Of a stretch of 54,418 nucleotides of DNA, positions 46,615 to 54,418 are shown in pieces. Each line of letters begins with the position of its first letter. Position 1 is the stretch's first letter. The position numbers and the translations under genes are program-made. The notes under the pieces are model-generated. The model was not told the origin of the DNA. It made no database searches and saw only the letters and a list, made by a program, of their open reading frames with translations. Source of the stretch: Candidatus Aminicenantes bacterium (lineage in GTDB: Bacteria > Acidobacteriota > Aminicenantia > UBA2199); assembly GCA_026393795.1 (NCBI GenBank), contig JAPKZL010000284.1:1-54418 (forward strand), in the 5' to 3' direction.

Positions 46615-46638
46615 CAGGCTAGGCCCGCCTGATCAATG

Positions 46639-46667
46639 TTGACTTCGGGGCACCGAGGCACTACAAT
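46639..46667 (+). promoter_or_regulatory. sigma70-like promoter TTGACT-17-TACAAT, 6 nt before the ATG at 46674 (leaderless)
   Basis: -35 at 46639-46644, -10 at 46662-46667. Confidence 0.55.
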
Positions 46668-46673
46668 GGCTTC

Positions 46674-47642
46674 ATGGCTGACAAAATCAAGGCCGTGGTG
46701 CTGGCCGCCGGCAAATCCACGCGCATGAAATCGGGAACAACCAAGGTCCTTCATAAAATTCTCGGCAAGGAGATCATCCACTACCTGCTGGACAGCCTCG
46801 TTGCCTGCGGCATCGCCGCCACGGACATCGTCGTTGTCGTCGGCGACGATCATGCCGAAATCGCCGCCGCGGTCAAGCTCAATGTGGTTTTCGTTCGGCA
46901 GCACGAACAGCTGGGCACGGCCCACGCCCTGCTGGCCGCCCGCGCTCAGTTCGCCGAGCACGATGGAGAACTCCTGGTGGCGGTGGGGGACAATCCCTAC
47001 ATCACGGCGGGCGCGTTGCAAAAACTGATCGCCACCCACCGTCGCGAGCGGGCCCAGTGCACATTGATCTCCGCCGTCTTTCCCGGCCCGCCGCCGCCTT
47101 ACGGCCGCGTCGTCCGTGACGCCCAGGGGGAGGTTCAGGGCGTCGTGGAAGAGAAGGATGCCGATGCACAGCAGCGGCTGATCCGCGAAGTGAACGCCGG
47201 CATCTATCTCTTTGACAACAGCGTCGTCCTGCCGCGGCTGGCCAAGATCGGCAATCGCAACGCCAAGAAGGAATATTATCTCACCGACATCATCGCCATC
47301 CTGCGTAACGAGAATTTCAAGGTGGTGGCGGTCCAGGCCGATGACTGCGATATTGCCATCGGCATCAACGACCGGTTCGATCTGCAGGCGGCGCAGGAAA
47401 AATTCAACCTCGACAACCAGCGGCGGCTGATGCACGAATACGGAGTCACCATCCTGCAGCCGGCGACGGTGACCGTTGAGCACGATGTGGAGATCGGTCT
47501 GGACACGGTCGTCTACCCCTGCACCTACCTGGCCGCCGGCACGCGCGTGGGCAGGAATTGCCAGATCGGTCCCTGCACCTTTCTGAAAAACGTCCGTATC
47601 GCTGACGATCAAAAGGTCATTTTCGAAAAGAGGGAAGGCTGA
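46674..47642 (+). CDS. GlmU-like sugar-1-phosphate nucleotidyltransferase with truncated left-handed beta-helix
   Basis: VVLAAGKSTRMKS, EQLGTAHAL, NAGIYLF, YYLTDII. Only ~3 hexapeptide turns precede the stop at 322 aa. Confidence 0.75.
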   Translation: MADKIKAVVLAAGKSTRMKSGTTKVLHKILGKEIIHYLLDSLVACGIAATDIVVVVGDDHAEIAAAVKLNVVFVRQHEQLGTAHALLAARAQFAEHDGELLVAVGDNPYITAGALQKLIATHRRERAQCTLISAVFPGPPPPYGRVVRDAQGEVQGVVEEKDADAQQRLIREVNAGIYLFDNSVVLPRLAKIGNRNAKKEYYLTDIIAILRNENFKVVAVQADDCDIAIGINDRFDLQAAQEKFNLDNQRRLMHEYGVTILQPATVTVEHDVEIGLDTVVYPCTYLAAGTRVGRNCQIGPCTFLKNVRIADDQKVIFEKREG

Positions 47643-47700
47643 TAGCGCCCGGACTTCAACTGCTGGGAATGGCGTAAACGGAGGCTTTTTCCCCTTGTTG

Positions 47701-47729
47701 TTGACATTTGCTGAAAACAAAATTATAAT
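47701..47729 (+). promoter_or_regulatory. perfect-consensus sigma70 promoter TTGACA-17-TATAAT
   Basis: -35 at 47701-47706, -10 at 47724-47729. A 27-nt leader carries a GGAAGGAGAG SD before the ATG at 47757. Confidence 0.6.
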
Positions 47730-47756
47730 AACTTCAACCCTGGAAGGAGAGATGTC

Positions 47757-48083
47757 ATGATCAGAAAACTGATAAAACCGAACTTGGGAGAAATGAAACA
47801 AAAATCGGACAAGGAGAACAAGCACAAACCGCCGCCGCCGTACAAAACCCATGCCGAGAACTATTATTATATCAAGCAGATGAACAACCGCACCCAGCTG
47901 GTGCTGGAGCTGGTCAACGGCGACCTGCTGAAAGGCTTGCTCGACTGGTACGACGAGAAATGCCTCAAGATCAAGAGGCTGGACGGCGGCACCCTGATCG
48001 TCTTCAAATCCCAGATCAAGTTCATCTTTAAAAATCCCGACTTTGCCGAACCAAAACACGAAGAAAGCGGGCCGGCAAAATAA
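47757..48083 (+). CDS. Hfq-like (Sm-fold) RNA-binding protein with Lys/Pro-rich N-terminal extension
   Basis: LVLELVNGDLLKGLLDWYDEKCLKIKR...LIVFKSQIKFI aligns by eye to the Hfq Sm1/Sm2 region (V.IYLVNG..L.G...FD.F...L......VYKHAI). Confidence 0.5.
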   Translation: MIRKLIKPNLGEMKQKSDKENKHKPPPPYKTHAENYYYIKQMNNRTQLVLELVNGDLLKGLLDWYDEKCLKIKRLDGGTLIVFKSQIKFIFKNPDFAEPKHEESGPAK

Positions 48084-48987
48084 GGTCATCGCCGTCACCA
48101 TCGGCGATCCGCAGGGGATCGGCCCCGAGATTGTCCAAAAAAGCCTGGCCGCTCATGTGCCGGCTTTCCCGCTGCTCGTCGTCGGCAACCGTCGTTTTTT
48201 CCCCGGCGCCGCCATCCCCGCCGTTGACAGCATCGCCGGGATGAAAAAGGGCGAAATCGCTTTCCTGGATGTGGCCGGCGACTTCGACCGCGAGGACCCT
48301 TCCTTCGCTTTCGTCAAAACCGCGGTAGAGCTGGCCTGCCGGGGCGAGGTCCGGGCCCTGGTCACGGCGCCGGTCAGCAAGGACAAGTGGCTGCGCAGCG
48401 GGCTTCCCTTTCGCGGCCACACCGATTTTTTCAATACGGTCGCCGCCGGCGGTCCGCCGGCCATGTTTTTCTGGTCCGATCCCTTGAAAGTGGCCCTGTT
48501 TACCCATCACCTTCCCCTGCGCGACGTCTTTGCCCGCATTTGCCCGGAAAAGATAATTGCTTTCGTCCGCCTGGTGAACGATGAACTGCAGCGCCTCTTC
48601 GCCAGGGAATTCACCTACCTGTTCAGCGGCCTGAACCCGCACGCCGGCGAAAACGGCCATTTGGGGCATGAAGAGGAAGAGTCGATCGCACCGGCGATCA
48701 AGGTATTGCAGAACGAAATGCCGGTGGCCGGGTTATTCCCGCCCGACGTGGTCTTTGCCAAGGCCAGGGCCATGAAAGACGCCGTGGTCATCGCCATGAC
48801 CCACGATCAGGGGCTCATTCCTTTCAAGCTGCTGCACGCCGGTTCGGGCGTTCAGCTTACCCTGGGGCTGCCGTTCATCCGCACGTCCCCGGTCCATGGC
48901 ACGGCTTACGATATCGCCGGCAAGGGCATCGCCGATCCGGCCAGCATGCTGGCGGCCCTGCGCCTGGCCGAATCGCTCCTGGGCTGA
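48043..48987 (+). CDS. pdxA: 4-hydroxythreonine-4-phosphate dehydrogenase
   Basis: IAVTIGDPQGIGPEI, VTAPVSK, GHTDFF, GLNPHAGENGHLG, SPVHGTAYDIAGKG. The start is uncertain; it overlaps the previous gene by 41 nt. Confidence 0.9.
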   Translation: MPNQNTKKAGRQNKVIAVTIGDPQGIGPEIVQKSLAAHVPAFPLLVVGNRRFFPGAAIPAVDSIAGMKKGEIAFLDVAGDFDREDPSFAFVKTAVELACRGEVRALVTAPVSKDKWLRSGLPFRGHTDFFNTVAAGGPPAMFFWSDPLKVALFTHHLPLRDVFARICPEKIIAFVRLVNDELQRLFAREFTYLFSGLNPHAGENGHLGHEEEESIAPAIKVLQNEMPVAGLFPPDVVFAKARAMKDAVVIAMTHDQGLIPFKLLHAGSGVQLTLGLPFIRTSPVHGTAYDIAGKGIADPASMLAALRLAESLLG

Positions 48988-49000
48988 ACGGCCGGGGCGG

Positions 49001-50749
49001 TTAACGGTCTTTCCCCTCCGCCAGGTCTTTGGCGATGTTCTCCCGGATTTCCTTGAGCTTTTCCTGGAGTGCGCGCAATTCCTGGGCGTATTTTTTTCTC
49101 AATTCGGCGTTGACTTTGTTTTTTTCCTTCTCAATGGCCTGGACCTCATCGGCGAGTTTTTTGCTTTCCAGCTGGAATTGGAGCATGGCCTGCTCCCTTT
49201 GCTTGTGCAGTTCGCCTGCCGCTTTTTCCCTTGCCTGGCGCAGCTGGCCGAGCGTCTCGCTATGGCGCTCGCTGACCTCGCTGCGGATGCTGTCCTTCAG
49301 CTGTTGAATCCTCTGCGAGAATTTTTTCATGTCCCAGACCAGGGATTCTTTTCTGTCCGGGATGACGGCGAATTTTTTCAGCTGGCCGTCGCGGTACAGC
49401 TCGAACTTGACCGCTTCATGGTCGTGCAGGGATTTCATCACGTCCATCAGGTTGAAGCCGCTCCGGCAGTCGCGGCCGTTGGCCCGGATGATGATGTCGC
49501 CGGCCTTGAGACCGGCCCTTTGGGCGGCCGAGGATTCGCTCACGTGCGAGACGATCAATCCGAACTCCTCCTTGACGGCGAATTTCCGGCCGAGCTCGGA
49601 AGTCAGTTCCATGATGTCGATGCCGAGCTGGCGGGGCCCGCCGAACTCGATGAAGTAGTTCTGAATTTTAGGCAGGGTGACTTCCATCCCATTCGATTCG
49701 GCGAGCTCGCTCAACTCCGGCATCGGGGGCAGTTCCGGCCAGGCGGGTTCGCCGCCGGCTCCGTTCTCAAGAAGCGGGGCGAGGGGAATTTCGACCTTGC
49801 GTTCCCCCAGTTCCATGTCCAGGCGGAGCGGCTTTCCCGAGCGCCTGAGCCGGATGATGACCTTTTCCCCGGCCAACTTGTCGTGCAGCGCGGCGGAAAT
49901 ATCGCGGAATGAGGCGATCGGGCTTCCGGAAATCTCTTCGATCTGGTCGCCCCTGCAGATTCCCGCCCGCTGGGCCGGGGAATCCTTCTCCACCTCCTGG
50001 ATCAGGTTGGAATCGCCGTTAAAACTGACGCCGAGCCAGCCATAGGCGATTTTCCCCGATGTCTTCAGTTTTTCGACAATGCGCTTGACCCTCTCGATGG
50101 GCAGGGCATAGCAGAGGTTGCCGCTTTCGTTCTTAGAGCCGCCGATGACGATCATCGCCGAATGGTCCTTGAAGGTGTACTCGGGAGCATAGGAGAACCC
50201 CACGCTGCCGCGGATGATGCCCAGCAGCTCGCCTTTTTTGTTGACCACGGCGCCGCCGGCCGAACCGGGAGCGACCGGGGCGTTCAGGATCAGTTCCGTA
50301 TCCGAGCGGCTGCTGATGATCCCCTGGTAGATGGCCGGGAAACGGTTGTAGAACAGGCCGATCAGGGCCACCCAGTCGCCGACGGCGGCTTGCCTGGCCG
50401 GTGTCAATTGCCGCGGCCATTTCTGGCTGAGGCGCAGAAGGGTCAGACCCGAGCGGTCATCCTGGCCGGCGATCGCGGCCGTGATCTGGGCGCCGTTGAC
50501 GTCTTCCACGTAAATTTTTTCAAAAGGGTGACTGGTGACCAGCGAGGTGGTGATGATCAGGTCGTTTTCCAGGGCAATGCCGGTGGCCACGTATTTTTTG
50601 GCGTTCTCGGAAACCACTTTGACCAGTGCCGGCGACACTTGATTCAGGACGACCCTGATTTCATTCTCGATGGCGTCAATTTTTTCCGCGCCGGCGGCCG
50701 CCAGGACGGTCCATAAAAGCAGCAGCAGAAGGAATAATGCTTTCTTCAT
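49001..50749 (-). CDS. HtrA/DegP-like periplasmic protein (trypsin fold + 2 PDZ + C-terminal coiled coil) with substituted catalytic triad
   Basis: Signal peptide. LIITTSLV replaces TNxHV, DRSGLTLL replaces SDIALL, and PGSAGGAVVN replaces GNSGGALVN. Two PDZ segments (GWLGVSF..., GLIVSHV...). The last ~110 aa are K/E/Q-rich heptads. Confidence 0.8.
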   Translation of the reverse strand: MKKALFLLLLLLWTVLAAAGAEKIDAIENEIRVVLNQVSPALVKVVSENAKKYVATGIALENDLIITTSLVTSHPFEKIYVEDVNGAQITAAIAGQDDRSGLTLLRLSQKWPRQLTPARQAAVGDWVALIGLFYNRFPAIYQGIISSRSDTELILNAPVAPGSAGGAVVNKKGELLGIIRGSVGFSYAPEYTFKDHSAMIVIGGSKNESGNLCYALPIERVKRIVEKLKTSGKIAYGWLGVSFNGDSNLIQEVEKDSPAQRAGICRGDQIEEISGSPIASFRDISAALHDKLAGEKVIIRLRRSGKPLRLDMELGERKVEIPLAPLLENGAGGEPAWPELPPMPELSELAESNGMEVTLPKIQNYFIEFGGPRQLGIDIMELTSELGRKFAVKEEFGLIVSHVSESSAAQRAGLKAGDIIIRANGRDCRSGFNLMDVMKSLHDHEAVKFELYRDGQLKKFAVIPDRKESLVWDMKKFSQRIQQLKDSIRSEVSERHSETLGQLRQAREKAAGELHKQREQAMLQFQLESKKLADEVQAIEKEKNKVNAELRKKYAQELRALQEKLKEIRENIAKDLAEGKDR

Positions 50750-50758
50750 GTTCTTCTC

Positions 50759-51112
50759 CTAGATCTGGTTGATGGCGGCCGCGCTGCCCAGCGCTTTTTT
50801 CTGCAGGGAGACCGGTTCAATGGAGTAGCGGGTGTGATTGTCGAAAGCCGAGAAGAACAGGTCCTCGCGCAGGGGGATCTCCTCTTTTTGAACGACCGGC
50901 GCGTCGATTTTACTCTGCACGACGGGCCGAACGGCCGGGCGGAATACCTGCAGCAGCGAGAACACCAGCAGCAGGCTGCCCACGGCCGTCACGCCATAGC
51001 CGATTTTTCTCAATCTTTTCTTTTTCCTGATTTTGCAAAAAACCCGCTCTTCGAAATCGGCCCCGGGCTGCAGCATGTCACGGGACTGAAAAATGTCTTG
51101 CCAATCAGACAT
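50759..51112 (-). CDS. putative anti-sigma factor (single-pass membrane protein)
   Basis: Overlaps the sigma gene stop by 8 nt. One TM helix (GYGVTAVGSLLLVFSLL). No recognisable zinc-binding motif. Confidence 0.5.
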   Translation of the reverse strand: MSDWQDIFQSRDMLQPGADFEERVFCKIRKKKRLRKIGYGVTAVGSLLLVFSLLQVFRPAVRPVVQSKIDAPVVQKEEIPLREDLFFSAFDNHTRYSIEPVSLQKKALGSAAAINQI

Positions 51113-51638
51113 GGGTGGCTCCTTCGGGATCGAGATATTGTCTCTTCAAGTGCTCTTTTCCCCGGAAGACCAGGGATTTGACCGTTCCGACCGGTTTGTC
51201 CAAAATCTGGGCGATTTCAGAGAATGAAAAATTGTCCATCTCCTTCATCACCAGCGGCACCCGCCATTTTTCCGGAACGTGAGTGACCAGTTGCGCCAAG
51301 ATCATTCGCCCCTCCAGATCGGGATCCTGGGCGACCAGGCGGGGGCTGACATCGGCCAGGGATAATATTTTTTTTATTTTTTTCTTGCGGAACTCGCTGC
51401 GCGCCAGATTGGTGGCGATGGTGTATATCCAGGCTTTCAAGGCCTGCGGATGGTCGGTTTTCAGGGTGTGGGCCTTGAAATACACTTTGACGAAGGTGTC
51501 CTGGGTCAATTCTTCGGCCAGCGGCCGGTTTCCCAGCAGCAGGTTCAGGTAATTGTATATCGGTTTTTTGTACATGGTCATCAATTCTTTCAAGGCAGCT
51601 TCATTCCCGGCTTTCAGCAGTTTGATCAGATCATCCAT
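51105..51638 (-). CDS. ECF (group 4) RNA polymerase sigma factor
   Basis: Region 2 (EELTQDTFVKVY...AWIYTIATNLA) and region 4 (FSEIAQILDKPVGTVKSLVFRGKEHL). Start at MDDLIK (cat at 51636-51638). Confidence 0.85.
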   Translation of the reverse strand: MDDLIKLLKAGNEAALKELMTMYKKPIYNYLNLLLGNRPLAEELTQDTFVKVYFKAHTLKTDHPQALKAWIYTIATNLARSEFRKKKIKKILSLADVSPRLVAQDPDLEGRMILAQLVTHVPEKWRVPLVMKEMDNFSFSEIAQILDKPVGTVKSLVFRGKEHLKRQYLDPEGATHV

Positions 51639-51903
51639 AACTAACTCATAAGATGCTGATGTCAGCCTGAAAGTTGCACCAACAGTCGATTTTTTTTGCC
51701 GGTCGGCCGAGAAAAATGAAAAAATGCAATTTTCCCTTTCCTGCTTATGGCGTGAGATAGTTTTGTTCCCTCCCCAGGCCAAAAAATCCTTTCCATCTCC
51801 CCTCCAGACGGAGAGATAGGTAATGAGAGAGATGTACAATAATTATAATACAACTTTTTCAAAAAACAACTTTTGCGCATTCCCCTTCCGCGCGCCAATA
51901 TCC

Positions 51904-53814
51904 TTACATTTTTTCCGGAACGGTGATGCCCATGATTTGCAGGAGTTTTTCCATCTTGTCTTTAAAGAGCACGATCAGGGTCAGGCGCAAATCCCTGACC
52001 AGAGGATCTTTTTCGGCAAGCACCGGGAAGAGGTGGTAGTAATGATTGAATTTCTGGCACAAGCCGTAGGCGTAGGCGGCCAGGGAAGAGAGCTCGTGGT
52101 TGTCCAGGGCGTACTCGACCTGGTTTTGCAGGAGCGATAGGTTGAGGACGATCTCCCAGTAAAGGTCTTGTTCCCCCTTTTCGAGGCGCACCAGGCTGCC
52201 GGGTTCGTTTCCCGCCCCCAATCCGGCGGCGGCGGCCTTTTTCAGGATGCTGTTCAGCCTGACCAGGGTGTATTGCAGGTACGGGCCGCTATCGCCTTCG
52301 AAGGTGAGAGCCTCCTTGAAATCGAAGGCGATCACCGAGTTGAGGTTGAACTTGACCATGAAATAGCGCAAAGCGGCCACGGCGATGGCCCTGGCGATCG
52401 CTTCCGCCTCGACCGTGTCCAGCCCGGGATTGCGCGACTCGATTTCAAGTCGCGATTTCGCGATCAATTGGTCGATCAGGTCGTCGGCCTTGACGGCGCG
52501 CCCCTTGCGCCCCGATACTTCGACGTAGGGCTTGCTTTCCTCCTCCGGAGTCAGGCTCAAACCCATTTCGCGGACGCAGGCCGGGGTCATGGCCACCATT
52601 TCATACGAAAAATGGATGAAATTGCGGCTCGCTTCGGCGTGCCCCAGCTGGTGCAGGACCTGGGCAATCAGGTTCTGCAGATAGGATTGGCGGACGTCGA
52701 TGACGTTGTACACCCTGTCTGCCCGGCCGAACGTTGGCGCCGGCGCGCCGGCCTCGCCGGCGGTCATGTGGACGGGATGGCCGTCGGGATAGGTGAAGAA
52801 GGGTCGGTAAAGAAAATCGCGGGGCAGCAAGCCGAATTTCCACAGGTTGTAGGCGATATCCTTGCCGACGTAGGTGATGGTCTGGTTGGAGCGGACGATG
52901 ATCTTTTCGATGTCCTCCTGCTCGTAGCGAATGACCAGGCAGCCTTTTTTTTCCGGGTCCTGGGACAAGCTCATCACCTGGCGCGAGGTCAGTTCGGCCG
53001 CTGCCGCCTTGAAAAAATCGAGGCCGATGACGTCGCTTTCGCGCGCCAGCAGATCATACTGGATGTCGAGCCTGGCCATGGTGCGGATGTGATCCAGCAG
53101 AACCTGCTGTGCGACGTAGAGGCAGGTCTCGTACTCGGGGTTGACTTTCTCTTCGATTTTTTTGTGCACGTCCCGGCGTGCGGCGGCCAATTTTTCGTCG
53201 GCGGCGAATACCTGATTCACCTCGGCGTAGAGATCCCACAGATAAGCGGCTAGCTCATCGATTTCCTTGATGGCGGCCAGGTCTTTTTTCTGGTAATAGA
53301 GCAGCCCCCAGACGACGTCGGCGATCTGGATGCCCGTGTCGTCGATGTAATTCTGGACTTCGACCCGGTGGCCCAGGAAACGGCAGCAGCGGACCAGGAT
53401 GTCGCCCAGGCAGGAGTTGCGCAAGTGGCCGATATGGGCCGCCTTGTTCGGGTTGATGCTGGTGTGTTCGACGATGATTTTTTCAGCCTTAAGCGGCGCC
53501 GCTTGCGACCGCTTCTGCCATTGTTCGCGGAGAAACGGATCGCGGTGCAGATGGAAATTGATGAAGCCGCCGCCGGCCACCTGGATGCTTTCGACCTCCT
53601 CCAGCCGCTTCTGCAGCTTTTCGGCCATGGTGTTGGCCAGCAGGAACGGCTTTGTTTTTGTTTTTTTGGCCAGGACAAAGGCCAGGTTGGTCGACAGGTC
53701 GCCGAATTTCCGCTCCGCCGGCAATGAGAAAACCAGGTCGGCGTCGGCCATATCGTAGTCATTTTTCAAAATAACCAGGACCTGCTTCGTGACGTTTTCC
53801 TGCAGGAATTTCAT
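51904..53814 (-). CDS. argS: arginine--tRNA ligase (long form)
   Basis: HTSINPNKAAHIGHLRN (HIGH) and a C-terminal anticodon-binding domain. ATGA overlap with the upstream gene. Confidence 0.95.
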   Translation of the reverse strand: MKFLQENVTKQVLVILKNDYDMADADLVFSLPAERKFGDLSTNLAFVLAKKTKTKPFLLANTMAEKLQKRLEEVESIQVAGGGFINFHLHRDPFLREQWQKRSQAAPLKAEKIIVEHTSINPNKAAHIGHLRNSCLGDILVRCCRFLGHRVEVQNYIDDTGIQIADVVWGLLYYQKKDLAAIKEIDELAAYLWDLYAEVNQVFAADEKLAAARRDVHKKIEEKVNPEYETCLYVAQQVLLDHIRTMARLDIQYDLLARESDVIGLDFFKAAAAELTSRQVMSLSQDPEKKGCLVIRYEQEDIEKIIVRSNQTITYVGKDIAYNLWKFGLLPRDFLYRPFFTYPDGHPVHMTAGEAGAPAPTFGRADRVYNVIDVRQSYLQNLIAQVLHQLGHAEASRNFIHFSYEMVAMTPACVREMGLSLTPEEESKPYVEVSGRKGRAVKADDLIDQLIAKSRLEIESRNPGLDTVEAEAIARAIAVAALRYFMVKFNLNSVIAFDFKEALTFEGDSGPYLQYTLVRLNSILKKAAAAGLGAGNEPGSLVRLEKGEQDLYWEIVLNLSLLQNQVEYALDNHELSSLAAYAYGLCQKFNHYYHLFPVLAEKDPLVRDLRLTLIVLFKDKMEKLLQIMGITVPEKM

Positions 53815-54418
53815 GAGGCGTTTTCCAGGTGCGAGGTGCTGTTCCAGAAATCGAGTACCGCCCATTGCTGGCGGGAATTTTCCAGCAGCAGCAGCCTGGA
53901 AAGGGCGGCATTTCCGGTTCTGAAGTGCCTGGCCGCGGCCGGATTCAACTGCAGCAGGTTGCTCAGAATGGCGCGGTTAACCGACGCGTGGCCGGTAATC
54001 AGGATATGCTTGCGGTTGTCTTGCAAAATCCGCTCAAGCCCGGTCCGTGTCCGGGCGCAAACGGTGTTGAAACTCTCGCCCCCCGGAATCGGAAAATCGG
54101 GGTCACTGATCCAGCGCTGGTGGATTTCGGGAAACTGGGCGCGAACTTGGCTGTAATTCAACCCCTCCCATTCACCCAAATCGATTTCGCTGAATTCGGG
54201 GATCAAAGTCAGGGGCAGGTTATGGAAACTGTTGAGGATGGCCGCCGTTTCAATCGCCCTTTGCAGCGGCGAGGAGAAAATCGCGTCCAGGTTTACGCAT
54301 TGCAGCCTGGCGGCCAGGCGAGCGGCTTCAGCACGGCCTTTTTGGTTCAGGGGATTGTCGATCCGCCCCTGCAGCTGGTCGATTTCATTGAAAGTAGTGG
54401 TCCCGTGCCTGACCAATA
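53811..54418 (-). CDS. histidine phosphatase (phosphoglycerate mutase/CobC-like) family protein; 5' end off the right edge
   Basis: LVRHGTTTFN (RHG motif) and ILITGHASVNRA. The ORF is open at the window edge. Confidence 0.85.
   Translation of the reverse strand, partial: LVRHGTTTFNEIDQLQGRIDNPLNQKGRAEAARLAARLQCVNLDAIFSSPLQRAIETAAILNSFHNLPLTLIPEFSEIDLGEWEGLNYSQVRAQFPEIHQRWISDPDFPIPGGESFNTVCARTRTGLERILQDNRKHILITGHASVNRAILSNLLQLNPAAARHFRTGNAALSRLLLLENSRQQWAVLDFWNSTSHLENAS

Noticed and set aside
51639-51839. A longer ECF sigma ORF starting at 51839.
   Set aside because: The added 67 residues have no sigma-factor similarity and span the putative promoter and leader. Region 2 alignment begins shortly after MDDLIK.
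1-54418. rRNA genes, tmRNA, RNase P RNA, integrases and intact IS elements.
   Set aside because: No intergenic gap exceeds ~470 nt, and none shows the conserved cores I can recognise. Every long ORF is accounted for by a housekeeping family.

Overview
54.4 kb of chromosome from a GC-rich diderm bacterium; I cannot assign a taxon. The LPS genes lptF/G, lpxK, lpxL-like and waaA support the diderm call, and an oorDABC-like 2-oxoacid:ferredoxin oxidoreductase and several ferredoxins suggest an anaerobic lifestyle. About 60 protein genes are supported, mostly housekeeping and in conserved neighbourhoods: HU-dprA-topA-trmFO-xerC-envC-yibQ, korDABC-tyrS, ftsY-ribD-ribE, recA, divIVA-yggS, coaD, uppS-cdsA-dxr-rseP, waaA-lpxK-lpxL-rph, pdxA and argS. 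Many junctions are 4-nt ATGA overlaps. I found no rRNA, no intact tRNA, no CRISPR array and no intact mobile-element gene.

The observations worth a second look are:
1. An AT-rich ~2 kb insertion (23202-25253) splits the riboflavin operon. It carries an NYN-domain nuclease gene, a PEGA lipoprotein gene, a transposase relic and two direct repeats that resemble tRNA 3' ends.
2. An ECF sigma / anti-sigma / HtrA-like operon in which all three protease catalytic residues appear substituted.
3. Seven near-consensus sigma70 promoters whose -10 box ends 5-8 nt before the ATG, which implies leaderless mRNAs.
4. A 260-bp palindromic element built from phased heptamer repeats next to a vapBC module.
5. 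A perfect 28-bp palindrome upstream of recA.
6. A recent 748-nt tandem duplication inside a gene encoding two FGE-sulfatase domains.
7. A fused LptF-LptG permease.

Nothing here proves a new biological system. The rib-operon island and the pseudo-protease module are the best candidates. All calls rest on reading the sequence and recognising motifs by eye; no database search was run.
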